From Mayamaea pseudoterrestris (taxonomy: Eukaryota): 64,000 bases of DNA. Position 1 is the first letter of the stretch, and the number at the start of each line of letters is the position of its first letter. The notes under the pieces were generated by a model. That model was given only the letters and a program-made list of their open reading frames with translations, searched no databases and was not told the origin of the DNA. This document shows, one piece after another, positions 1 through 12,200 of this stretch. The translations under genes were made by a program, and so were the position numbers. The stretch covers positions 186,001 through 250,000 of the forward strand of contig BROI01000022.1 of the NCBI GenBank assembly GCA_027923505.1, given 5' to 3'.

Positions 1-570
1 CCATTCGCCAAGCGAACTTCGGTGGTTCCGTCACCGACAGTGAGTGAGACAGAGCAGCGAGCCAATTGCAAGGACACGCCGAAACGTTACGTCGCAACAT
101 TCGATGAACAACTGATGCGTCAGGAGGCCCACTTGACGATGTTTTGAACGGCTGCATGGTTGCCTTGCCAAGCTCAAATTGCTCGACACAACAATCCGTA
201 CTACATGTTTGCAGATGCAGGCATTCTGAAATTTCGAACAATCTATTACATCACAAATTGATTAACAATCGGAATCTAATAATAAATTTTCGCGTATGGC
301 CATGTTCAAGTAAAAAACGAGACGGCGACAAGTCGTAGAACAGGGGTTGTACGCAGGTCGTTGTCAATCGACTCGTGCTCATTATTCCAACCCACTTATA
401 CGCAAAACTGCCTCATAAACCATCAAATTGATGTAAAATCAACATTGCACATGGTCGTCAAAGTCGGTAAGGCCGTCCAGGCATCGCCTCTGGCTCGCTA
501 AACTGCCAGTGCTTTGGCACAATGCACTTTTATTGTAGCTAGCATGGTCGCCGGAATATTCTTTCGAGCA

Positions 571-1371
571 TCAAACAGGTAATTCAGCGGAAGAATTGAC
601 AGCTGCAACCGGTACTTCCTTTACGCCACCATTGCTGCTGTCGCTACCCTTCTCGACATCGCCTGCTGCAGCAGCTGTTGCATCCTCGTTACCATCGTCA
701 TCGCCCTCATCATCGTCAGAGTCGTCCATTGCAAAACCTTCCTTGTCATCCACGTCACTCATGGCGACCGTGTCGTCGCAAGGGTTATTCGCAAAGGTTG
801 CAGCATCAATGTTTGTTTGCTCGTCATCGTCGTCTTCACAGCGACTGCAATGGTTCCAGTAGCTAACATGTATCATGGCAACCAGCAAAAGCGCCAGGAC
901 GACACCGACAAAATATAGAAACATGGTCCATACATCGAAATTCGGATACTCTAGCTCATAATCATCGTCATCGTGTAAGATACTCGAGCCCCAAACCCGT
1001 TGCTGAAGGATCAAAATGAGCCAAGCCATCAAGCCGGAAAAGAAGAGTCTCATCGTCAGCGTCTTTTGGTGCATGAAGCGCATGGTGAATCGTCTTCCGT
1101 CGTCATTACGTAATTGACGATTCCAATGAGTGGAGAGCATCAGAGTCATGCTTCCAAAGACTACCATTGTCACACCCATGGCAGCGAACAGATGCAAAAC
1201 ATGGTGGTGCTCGTGCGCGTCGGATGGAATAAAGTTGACGCTGCTATGGCTCCTCATTGTTGCGGGCGACGACATGTTTGATGGTATTATAGAGTGAGTA
1301 GGTAGCGACGTAATTCTGTTTCGAAAAGTAGCAAAATGCGGCCGTCGCGTGTATGCTTGATGGAAGGCCAT
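571..1371 (-). CDS. Hypothetical membrane protein with about 3 hydrophobic segments and an acidic C-terminal tail
   Basis: 266-aa ORF with hydrophobic stretches (VLHLFAAMGVTMVVFGSMTLML; LFFSGLMAWLILILQ; VWTMFLYFVGVVLALLLVAMI) and a D/E-rich tail. True start may be a downstream Met. Confidence 0.55.
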   Translation of the reverse strand: MAFHQAYTRRPHFATFRNRITSLPTHSIIPSNMSSPATMRSHSSVNFIPSDAHEHHHVLHLFAAMGVTMVVFGSMTLMLSTHWNRQLRNDDGRRFTMRFMHQKTLTMRLFFSGLMAWLILILQQRVWGSSILHDDDDYELEYPNFDVWTMFLYFVGVVLALLLVAMIHVSYWNHCSRCEDDDDEQTNIDAATFANNPCDDTVAMSDVDDKEGFAMDDSDDDEGDDDGNEDATAAAAGDVEKGSDSSNGGVKEVPVAAVNSSAELPV

Positions 1372-1953
1372 GGTTGGACGCGGCTCGAGGTATTTTGGGA
1401 ACTTGAAGGGTGACGGAGAGGGTCACAGCTTTTGCATCTTGAAAACCATGTCGTAGCAGTCGTGCCAATCCAGAACCACGTAAGTTATCCATTCAGCCAA
1501 TCAGAAGCTGTTGAAGCACTTTCGGAGTTTCATACTTAACGGACATGAGTATCCGCGCCTTTCAAGCCATCTGCCACTATTGCCCTGGGTGCCGGGATAC
1601 AAATTGGGCCAATCAAAACGATGCGCAGACATTTCGACAGGAGAGCTCGATCAAGAGGTCTCGACTCGTGTTTTGCGACTCCGCCATCCCAAGCAACCGT
1701 CACAATTCACGGCGACCTCTTCATTGATTGAGCAAACACAAAGTTTGAATCGTCTTTCGCTCCAAGTCAAAGTGTAAGTGTGGATCGTTTCTCGACTCTG
1801 GCTTGACAAGAGAGGATCAGTCTTTGTTTCAGGTTTTGTTGCATTGCTGGAGCTGCGCGGAATCGACGGATCGACTCGAAGATCCATCACAGTCAACCAT
1901 TGGTTCGCTCACCTTGTCTCCTCCAATCCATTGATTCTACAGCTAACTGCATC

Positions 1954-4190
1954 ATGTCGGATCTTGACAAGGACACTGCTCGCAGCGGGTCGGACGACTC
2001 CAGTTCCAACCTTCGCAACCGTGGAACCGTTTCCAAGCATCGCGCCCAGCTCGACAAGCTTGAAGGCGACGCTTCCCATTCAGTCGCTCACGCAATCCCT
2101 GAAATCACCAAGAAGGAACGTCTTGATACGTGGGACATGGCCAAGACCACAATTACCAACTTTACCAAGCCGCCGCAGTCTCCAGAGGAGTGGATCTCCT
2201 TTTTGTTCCCAGCCTATCGCTGGCTCAAGGTGTACGACGTCAAGAGTGACCTCTCGAAGGATTTGATTGCTGGCTTGACTGTCGGAGTCATGGTCATTCC
2301 ACAGAGTATGAGTTACGCCAAGCTTGCTGGCTTGCCAGTCGAGTACGGCTTGTACTCGGCCTTTGTTCCAGTTTTCATGTACGCCATTTTCGGATCCAGT
2401 CGCCAGCTGGCCATTGGACCCGTCGCCTTGGTGTCGCTCCTCTTGAGCTCGGGTCTTGGACGCATTATGGAGAAGCGCGGCTTTGTCAGTGCGGACGACG
2501 ACAATTACGACATGGATTTCTACATTAACATGGCGCTGCAGGCGAGTTTTCTGGTTGGCGTCATTAACATTGGACTTGGGCTCTTGCGTCTTGGATTCAT
2601 TACCATTTTCTTGAGTCACGCTGTCATTTCCGGTTTCATTTCGGGAGCGGCCTTGATTATTGCCAGCTCGCAGCTCAAGTACTTGTTTGGTAAGTCATTT
2701 GATCGGGCGCTGCGTCGTCTCGGATCCCTTGTCGGCAACTTGTCGCTCACACGCTTGCTATTCGTCCACCACTTTCGACAGGCGTCAAGACGGAACGTTA
2801 CGATACCCTACAAGGCAACCTCAAGACGCTGATTCTGAACCTCAAGGACACGAACTGGCGCGTTGTCATTATGGGCTTCTCGGCGCTGTTCATGCTCTTG
2901 GGAATCAAGCAGGTTGCCAGACGCGTTCCAAGACTCAAGTGGATCCAGCCGCTCGGACCATTGACTGTCACTATCATTGCCATTGTCCTCACGGCTGCGC
3001 TCAACCTCGACGAGCGCGGTATTGACGTTGTTGGAGAGATTCCCAAGGGGATGCCGCCATTCACGGCTGGTGCCTGGACACCCATTGAAAACTTTGGCGA
3101 GCTCATTGTTCCAGTCATTTCCATCGTCCTCATTGGCTTTCTCGAATCGATTGCCATTGCTCGCAAGTTTGCTGCCAGGCACAAGTACGAAATTGAACCG
3201 TCGTTGGAGCTCATGGGACTTGGTTTCGCCAATCTCTTTGGTGGCATGTTTGGCGGATACCCAGTCACTGGTTCATTCAGCCGCTCGGCCGTCAACAATG
3301 ACAGTGGCGCCAAGACTGGACTTGCGGGTATTGTCACGGGCATTCTCGTCATGTTTGTCCTCTTGTTTTTGACACCCATTTTTGAAATTCTTCCGACTGC
3401 CATTCTCGGAGCCATTGTTATTGCCGGTGTCATTAGCTTGGTCGATTACCCCGAAGCGATCTTTCTCTACAAGGTTCATAAGAAGGACTTTTGCCTCTGG
3501 GTTATTGCGTTTCTATTGTCGCTTCTCTTTGGTGTCGAAATGGGCCTTGCCGTTTCTGTCGGTCTTTCTTTGGTGATTGTTCTCTACGAGAGCGCCTATC
3601 CTCAGACGGCAATTTTGGGTCGCCTTCCAGGTACGTTTCGCCCAGCGGCAATATGCTCTGTCTTGCGAACAATTATGGCACAGCAGCTCAACATCCTGCG
3701 TTCACCTTTTTTTTTAACAGGCACAACGGTCTACCGCAATGTCAAGGAGTACCAAGACGCTGAAACGTTTGACGGCATCGTCGTCATTCGCGTCAACGCT
3801 CCCCTCTACTTTGCCAACGCGGAGAATATCCGTGACAAGATTCGCAAATATCGTCTGGCGGCAGAAGAAAAGTCTGGAGAAGACCTCAAGTTCCTTATTG
3901 TCGACTTGACGCCTTGCTCGCACATTGACGTTAGCGCTCTTCACGTCCTCATGGATATGAACGATAACTACAAGTCTCGCAACCAGCAGCTCTGCTTTAG
4001 CAACCCGTGCCTCACTGTCCTAGAGCAGTTTGAGCTTAGCGGCTTGACCGAGAAGGTTGGACGCAACTACTTTTTCTCGTCGACACACGACGCAGTCAAG
4101 GCTTGCCTCAACGAACTCGATGTCGAGTCCAACTCGACGCGCGATGGCAAGGAGGACGAAGCATCGGAACTTGACGAAGAGGCCTTGTAG
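1954..4190 (+). CDS. SulP/SLC26 family anion (sulfate/bicarbonate) transporter with C-terminal STAS domain; 3 exons
   Basis: Motifs DLIAGLTVGVMVIPQSMSYAKLAGLP.EYGLYS, FGSSRQLAIGP, GYPVTGSFSRSAVN; STAS region (APLYFANAE, IVDLTPCSHIDVSAL). Introns 2690-2781 (gtaagt...gacag) and 3631-3720 (gtacgt...aacag) restore LFG|VKTERY and LPG|TTVYRN. Confidence 0.93.
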
Positions 4191-4592
4191 GGAGCGAGGC
4201 AAGTGTTTTGACGCATGCTCATGTTTCTGTTTTTGGGAAGGTTGGTGCCGTATTATTTAGAGCAGTAGGACCATAACTTTGACTATAGTTTACGATCCCG
4301 TTGATTGTTAGTATACTTACTGGCTGTAATTTGTAGTTAAGCTTGTGTAAAGATTGTCGGGTAGCTGAAGCTTTGCTTTGATCGAGCGAATCCATCAACT
4401 ACCGAGGTGCAACGGCGAGCCAACTCCAGCACCTCTACTCAACGGTAAACTCACATGACACATTTACCAGCTAAGACAGCATTACCGAATGGTTCCCTCG
4501 TTCCACTTTTAACAAACTTCCAACGCCTTTGAGAGGCCAAGACGGACGAAAAGCATGAACAGCCATTTAGTCAAGCTCGTCGCTCGCCATTG

Positions 4593-5924
4593 ATGACCAT
4601 GAGACCTATCATTTTGGACCCCAAAAGCCCGCCGGTGCCTTGCAGAGTAACAAAGAAGTCGCCCACACCGCACCGACCTCGAATGCAGCAACATTTGCGA
4701 GACAAAAGTCACCTGCCGCCGACTGAGCCAACTAGCATCTACGATCGAGCCAAGCAGCAGCAAGCGGCGCGTGAGCTCAAGGTTGAATTTCTTCGGCGAA
4801 CGCTGACGAGCGAGTGCACCTTTACGCCCAAAACGATCACACGACAGTCTCAACAAGCAGTCACTTCATTGCGCGGCAAGGATAATTCCGTCTTTGAGCG
4901 TTTGTACCATATTAAAAGCGGACCATACTTAAAAGGCTCCGTCGCGAAGCATTCGCCCATTGCTCGCCCGTCGGCTGGCAAGCTGCCGCCACAGCATCGC
5001 ATACTGTCGACAATGTCCACTCCAAGCGGAAGTATGAGCCGCCACAGTCGCCAGTCATCACAGCAGCAACAATTCATGAGCCGACGACTTGAGAATCTAT
5101 ACGACTATGGCGTTAGTAAATTGCTTTCACGCCCCAAGAGTCACCAAGACGAAAAGCAGTTTCGCGACTGGCGGTACGAAACCAAGCAGCTGCAGGACAG
5201 CAGCAAATCAACAAGATACAATAGAGGCAGCGAGACGAATACCAACCAGCGTTTTTCCTCGATGCGCATGGTTCCGACAAGGCAGCAACCAACGAATGCA
5301 CGAGTGCGCCGTAAGATTCCTCCAGGCTTTTCTACGCCATCACCACGTCGGCCGCTGTATCCTCCTCCGTCAATCTTGACTCGAAGCGGCAGCAATAACA
5401 GCAATCTAAAATTTCCGTCGGAGATTGTGGTTGACATGGCAAGCATGAGCTCGCCCGATGGAGTCTTGGCCATGCAACGTAAATCGTTGCTGCCAATTCC
5501 GAAACGTTTGTTGATGGATTCACCCGAAATGAAAGCGGTTCCGTGGCCGTCATCGTTACCGTCTCCAAACCCTTGGCGAGAATCCTCTTCCATTGTTCGC
5601 AATAACAATATTAAAGCGTGTCGAAGCAAGCAGCAGCAGCAAGCAATTTCCCCAAAGGTTTGGAAGTCAGCCTCGCCCAAACCATGGCATACGCCGCTCC
5701 GCAAGGATTATCAATGGACGACGCCGCCACCGCCGCAGCCGCAAACGACCGACTATTCAGTGTACTCAAGTCCTGGTATTCCAGCTGCCGTTTCAGAGTC
5801 GACGGAGGAATGGGGAATGAGCGACGTAATCTTGGTTGATGAAGGCAAAACTGGCGTTGACTTGAAGCACGAGAGCACGACGGATGATGACGACGACTCT
5901 GGCACTATTTACGGATCGATATGA
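4593..5924 (+). CDS. Hypothetical S/P/R-rich, probably disordered protein
   Basis: Uninterrupted 443-aa ORF containing ECTFTPK and SVFERLY/RLENLY short motifs of a kind recurrent in protist low-complexity proteins. Confidence 0.7.
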   Translation: MTMRPIILDPKSPPVPCRVTKKSPTPHRPRMQQHLRDKSHLPPTEPTSIYDRAKQQQAARELKVEFLRRTLTSECTFTPKTITRQSQQAVTSLRGKDNSVFERLYHIKSGPYLKGSVAKHSPIARPSAGKLPPQHRILSTMSTPSGSMSRHSRQSSQQQQFMSRRLENLYDYGVSKLLSRPKSHQDEKQFRDWRYETKQLQDSSKSTRYNRGSETNTNQRFSSMRMVPTRQQPTNARVRRKIPPGFSTPSPRRPLYPPPSILTRSGSNNSNLKFPSEIVVDMASMSSPDGVLAMQRKSLLPIPKRLLMDSPEMKAVPWPSSLPSPNPWRESSSIVRNNNIKACRSKQQQQAISPKVWKSASPKPWHTPLRKDYQWTTPPPPQPQTTDYSVYSSPGIPAAVSESTEEWGMSDVILVDEGKTGVDLKHESTTDDDDDSGTIYGSI

Positions 5925-6074
5925 AGGAGTAAACGCTTGGTTTGGATTGCTGTCGTATCACTGTCAGCTATAATCACCAAAAGAAAAGCAATTGAAGTAT
6001 CGTACACTTCTTTTCTTCGTCATGTTGCTTGCATTGTTGCTGCGTTTCCTTCCATTAATACTCGTGCTGCTCGT

Positions 6075-6468
6075 TACTACGCCACAAGGCAATAGTATGA
6101 AACGAGTGCCAGTGTCAATTACGTCGCAAGGCAATAATATGAAACGAGTGCCAGTGTCAATGACGTCATAAGGCAATAGTACGAAACGAGTGCCAGTGAA
6201 AAGCACGTCATAAGGCAATAGTATGAAACGAGTGCCAGTGAAAACACTGGGTCATAAAGGCAATAGTATGAAACGAGTGCCAGTGAAAACTACGTCAGCA
6301 AGTAATTTTGTGAAACGAGTGCCAGTGAAAAAACGAGTCACGAGGCAATAGTATTTAACGAGTGCCAATGAAAACTGCGTTATAAGGCAATAATATGAAA
6401 CAAGTGCCAGTGAAAACTGCGTCATAAAGGCAATAGTATGAAACGAGTGCCAGTGAAAACTACGTCAT
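6075..6468 (+). repeat. 42-bp minisatellite array, family A, about 9 units
   Basis: Consensus aaggcaatagta(t/c)gaaacgagtgccagtg(tcaat|aaaac)tacgtcat; successive aaggc starts at 6086 and 6128. Confidence 0.95.
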
Positions 6469-6550
6469 TTGATCAAACCGCTACGACAGTCGCTCGTCTC
6501 GTCAAGGCGCATCGCTCATCGCTCATCACAACATGAATGCGCCATGAATC

Positions 6551-9176
6551 ATGGCGAGCGCTGCTGTTCGACAGCGAGCAAGACAGCAGCAGCAGTTATT
6601 GTATCACCACGAAAAGGAAGATAATGTTGAAAAGGTTGAGGAGGAAGCCTTTCATCATCATAATGACGAATCAAAGACACAGAACCAATCGATCTCCTTC
6701 AGATCATTATTATTTCTTCGTCGACGACAAAGGAAGAAAGCCATTGTCAATGCATGCTTCCTCTTGACTGTTTCATTCGTTTTTGTTTGGTCGATACGAA
6801 AACAAAGACATCGATTTCATATCCGGCGTCATCAATTGATAACGCCAGAATCACGGCTGTCGAACAATGTAACACTCAAGCTCGAGAGTAATTTGCAGCA
6901 ACTCCGTCAAGCGCCGACGAGTCAAATTCAGCAGCAGCAGCAAGACCAGTTACGAGGTCAAAATGTCAAAATCCTTACAATCTACGCCGAATCTCCAAGT
7001 ACGTTGGATATCAAGACGCTTCCCTTGCCGCCTCGCAATACGACGGCCGAATCACTCACCAAGTACACTTATCCGAAAGTCCGTAATTGCAACTCGCTCG
7101 AGCAGTTTCCGGTCGACGACTTTCCCAACGACGATCCATTTCTGCCATGGAGTACGTATCGGTATTGAATATAGAGAGCTTGGCGAGACGTCGTCTGCAA
7201 AAACGTCTCGTTATTCGATACATCTATACCTCATCCATTCACTCGCTCTCACTTTTACTTACAGTCCATGACTATTTTGTCAATGAACAACGCACCCATG
7301 TCACCATTGTCGCGCAAAACAAACGTCGCTGTCAGACTGGAAGAGGCAATGAGCAAGCCATGGAGCACTGGGAGCCACAAATGGCGCTCTTTCAACCGGT
7401 TCCAGTGAGAGTCGAGACACTTGAAAACAGCAATGGAAGGGGGACGCACCTACGATATAGTCTTTCGTCACTGGAGAATGCGACACATTCCGAAACGAGG
7501 TTTCTTTGTCACTTTCACAACAAACAATTGAACGAAACAACACTGTCTGTCTTTGCGTTCAACTACGAATTCGTTTCCTGGCGCAAGCATCGAGGCCTCA
7601 TGTTTGAGACAAGTGGAGGCAAGGGCGATACCAGCAAACTGGAAACGTCGCAGCTAGTCTTTTACTGTCCCATTCCAGACTTCTTGAAGAAGCAGCAGCA
7701 AACGTCCCCATTAGAAAGTGTCGACTTTTACCTGGACATTGTTCCGATTCGCACGCCAGCACGTCGGCAGTTTCTTCTCACGCCAGATCATGTCGGTCCA
7801 AAGGAGTGGAGCAAATTGACGCCCTTCGACGTTTCTGCCAACTATGGAAACCACGTACTACCGGAAATTGCCGATTCTGGACGATGGGCTAACCTTCCAC
7901 TCTGCTGGCCGCCACTATTACGCTATTCATCTAGTGTTGCTTCCATTTCAAATTCAACAATAGATACGGCAGCGTCCAATAGCGACAGCAAGAGAAAGCG
8001 GCATCGGCTAGTCGCTTGTACATGGGCAGCGGCAAGCTATCACCGTCGGGGTGATGTGGCGGCGGTGCATGACACTAGTCGACGTTTGCGAGAATGGATT
8101 GCCTTTCATCGGCTCGTCGGCTTAGATCACTTGTACATTTACGACAATACACAGCATCCCATGGTATCGAATGATACTATTCACGCGACCACTTATAAGT
8201 CTCCACTAGAAGACATCGCGAAACAGGAAGATCAAAGTTTCGTGACATACATTCCCTGGAAACCGAAAATTTGCAATAACAATCGACCTCAACATGCAGT
8301 TCCTGGAGAGCGCAGCTCTCAATATGCGGCGGAAGCCTCTTGTCGAGAGCGTTACGGCTCGCAGACGGATTGGCTCGTCTTTATGGATATTGATGAGTAC
8401 TTGGTCCCCATGGGGAATGACACTTGGAATGCTGTTTTGGATAAAGCGGACGAAGACGGCGTCAAGGCTCTCAAACTCAAAAGTGCGCGGGGGCGACCAA
8501 GGTTGGAATTCATGGATGAAATGCCAGCTAATTCTGAATCGCAAGCTTGCGAAAACATGATAGATGCACGCGTTTCCACCGCACCCGAGCCATGCCTTGT
8601 TCCTCGATCCAATGAAACTATTCTGCGCGTCTACAACTGCGACTACATTAAACTGCCTCGGCCGGAACGTTTCTCTCGCGCCATGAAGCAGATCTATCGA
8701 CCAGACTTTGTACTTCAGCACTTCGTGCACTATTCTTGCGTCACGACGCACATGGCAACGTACTACAAGGATCGACACGACAAGGAAACGTTTCAAAAAG
8801 GCGTCAAGAGTGAGGAATGGTACGACTCGTGACATGTTGCTGGGTTTTAATTCAAGGCAGTGGATTTTATGTACCATTTGAGCCTCACCTTTCCGCCATT
8901 CGCAGGGCGGACATGTTTGTCGACGAACTATCGCAGGGCGTGTTGGTGCACACAAAGTCTGTGCTGCCGCACGAAACAATATATAGAAACCGCTCTTGTT
9001 ATCTGGGGTCCAAGACTCCATGTCCACTCGGAATAGCGTGTCCAGCATCAACACCATTTGTCTTTGGCCAGCACCAAAGCAATTCGTTCCATGATGAGCG
9101 AGGCGAATATTGCAACTGCTGGGTGAATGAGAAACTAGAGAAGTTAATTTTAAAGCTTGAACGAGCGCTAATGTAA
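6551..9176 (+). CDS. Type II membrane glycosyltransferase family 92-like protein; 3 exons
   Basis: N-terminal anchor (ACFLLTVSFVFVWSI), LREWIAFHRLVGLDHLYIYDN, SQYAAEASCR, WLVFMDIDEYL (DxD). Introns 7152-7264 and 8820-8905 give PW|IHDYF and EEW|ADMF, matching the paralog at 21124. Confidence 0.8.
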
Positions 9177-9236
9177 TAAATGTACGTAGTAGACTGACTC
9201 TCGTAACATTTCGTAAAGCAGTAACTAATACTTTTA

Positions 9237-12200
9237 TTAGCGTTTGGTTTTATTTAACGTATCCGCCAACTGCTGCTTCAAATTCGCCATAATGTCGGCA
9301 CTTGCTCGAGGCCGTATAGCACCAGCCGGTTGTTGCGCCGTATATCCTGGCGGTTGCAGACCACCGCTTGCGTTGTATGAACGAAAGTTAAAACTCTGCT
9401 GTGGCGGGCGCTGTTGTTGCGCCATGTTGCTCATCTGCTGCGACTGATATCCTTGGTTCCACTGACCCGGTCGCTGCTGATGAGCGCCCTGTTGATACTG
9501 CGGTGGGTATTGCTGTTGCTGCGGCTGTTGCCGGTAATTCGCGCCGCTGTGTTGCTGATATTGCTGCGACAGGTGTTGTTGCTGCCATTGTGGTTGTTGC
9601 ATATTGTAATTCATTCCAGGCTGTGGCGGGGCGTGCGTTGGTTGTCCCTGCCAGGCAGTCTGCCCGTTCGGCCGATTTGGAGCCAAAAAAGGATTTGCGA
9701 CGTGCGGAAGCTGAGGCATCGGCGGCGGCAGAGGGCGCCGATAAGTCTGTTGCGGCTCCATGGACCCCCAAGATCGTGTACCTGGTTGGTTCATTTGATT
9801 CCCACGGCCGTTTTGGTAGGCGAGTTGTCTCTCTTGACTGCTTATATTCATGCTACCATACCCTTGCTGATGACTCTGATTGTTGCCCGATCCGCCCATA
9901 TTTGCGATTGTGCCGCCAAATCTATTTAAGCGAGGACGTCGAATAATCTTATCGTCCGGCTTCAACGAGGGCGGTGGCGGCCGAGCACCTGGAAGCAATA
10001 TGCTCTTGTGCGAAAGCTTGGGTGGCTCGGTAAACGCTGCAACCACGACTTCATTCGAATGCAATTTATCGGAGAAGACCCTGCTCGAGTCACTTGTAGC
10101 CTCTGCATTCGGCGGCAGCGGAATTGAGACTTCATCGCCCAAAGGAAACACCTCATGACTCAAGGGAGGACGCACTGCACCAGTCAGCCCCTTGACTCCA
10201 TGCGACGCCGAGTCAGTGAGACGAGCCTTCGGCGCCGTCGCCGTCTTGCCATCCACTATCGTCAGCAATTTATTTGCAAATGGATGTGAATTATGCGTAT
10301 AAAGATAACCATCATCCATGCCTCGCGCATTACAAAGAAGCTCCTCCTTGGTCCACTTGGACATCGTTGGTGACATGGCAGCCAGCAATCGTTCTTCTTC
10401 AATAAAAGGAAGAAGGACGACCCAAAGCCAAGGCATGGCTTTGCCATTTGGATCTACTGGAACAGAAGTCGGGTAAAAGTCATTGATTGGAGATTCCGGA
10501 TCAAGCATTAGCCATCGCGAAGCCACAGGAATTGCATGCGACGAATCAGGAGGCAACACAGCCATAAGCTGCTCTATCGGGTTAAATGGCGCATTTTGTT
10601 CAAAAGACTTGCAATCATTCTGAAACCGCTCAATGTTCTTAAGATCAGAAGCGAATGGCGCATAATGGAATGGATAGTACCACTTCCAGCTCGGACACCC
10701 GTCGTAGTAATACTTCATCACCCAACAGAGCCCCATGACGTACGACCGAAATAAGTGTTCCCGTCCACCATGCTTCTCGACATCATCCGCTTTGCACTTA
10801 TCGCGATAGTATCTATCCTTCCAACCAGGCTCATGTAAGCGAACCTTGTCTTCAACCTGCTTGGCATGTTCGTCGAGCTTTTGTCGAATTTGCGCTTGTA
10901 CCTTGTCTTTGAACACACGCGCAGTCTCTGGATCAAGCTCTTCCACCAACGCTTCCTCTAATTTTGGCAAATTGTCTTCGAGTTCATCGTCATCGACAAC
11001 AACATCAATGTCGTCGTCGCAAAATTCTGCCCCATCCTCATACAGTTCCGCATCCCCAACCGCACCGGCTTCAATCGTATTTGTCGCCTCTGCAGGTGCT
11101 GTTTCATCGTCCTGCTCGATTAATATAACTTGCTCATGCTTTCGCTTGCTGCCACTACGATTTACACTTTCGTCAGCCATCGATTCACCAGATTGCGCGT
11201 CAGCGTATTGAGACTCACTGGCGCTGTCGCCAGCAGACGTTGCCGTCTCATTTAGCATTTCAGCTCCATTGTCAGTACCCTTATTTCTTCCAACATCGAG
11301 CTCCTCAGTCGCATTTCCAGCACCACTGACAGCCGTCAGTGATTGTTTCAACGCCAATGCAGCTCTTGTATTTTCCTCAATCTCCATATGCTTAATCTTT
11401 TTCGATTGACGAGTATCGTCCTTACGACCATGTTTGCGCGAGAGCGGCACAACTGTTTGTTCGCTGGCACCTAGAATTTTTGACGACCGTCCCTTGCGCG
11501 CGTGATGCTCGACTGGTGCTGTTGGCTCTGGCGGTGGTCCAGGATTGTTACGGCGTCCACCTTGCTGCTTGTCGCGCGCCTTGCGATCCTGCTGAAACTT
11601 CTTGTTGCGTTCCTCCGATTCGTGCTTCATGGCAAAAACATAATCCTCCAGCGCACCTACTTGACTAAGAATAACGTCAACATGCGAAAGATTAACATTT
11701 CCTCCACTTTTTGTTATATAGTCGCCGAGCGACGGCAATATGCGCTTGTAAACATTGAACAAAAAGTCGAGTCCGCCGTCACGAATATCCAGACTCGGTA
11801 AATGCGGCAAAAAGTCATTACCAACAAAGAAACAAAGAAAGACAATATCATCAATTAGTCGCTCCAAACTAGGCGCGAATGAGAGATACTCAGGCCGCAA
11901 GCATTCTTCAAACTCGGCTTGCAAATATTCGCGCAGTATTGGGATGCTAATACGCTGCAGCGGCGTTTGCTGATTCTCGAGCAACCCCATGGCTTCAGCG
12001 CCAACCGCTTGATTCAATTGCTCTTGCTGATCCTTGTGACCCGAATCAAGTTGCCGTTGCTCTGCCATTTCCACCGACTTGCGCCCAAACAAAACTTGCT
12101 CGCGACAAACATAAAAGTGCGCCTCATGCGTGGCCAAACCCAGCATAATCAAGTCAGCATCCAGTCCATGCAGTACATGAACAGCATTTGGATCGTAACC

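Noticed and set aside
6075..6468. CRISPR array interpretation of the 42-bp and 52-bp repeats
   Set aside because: The variable parts are homologous to one another rather than unique spacers, there are no cas genes, and the context is eukaryotic.
8206..9057. Long antisense ORFs over real genes (also 2080-2619, 2798-3433, 55153-55797, 60819-61520)
   Set aside because: They are shadows of well-supported opposite-strand genes, with no motifs.
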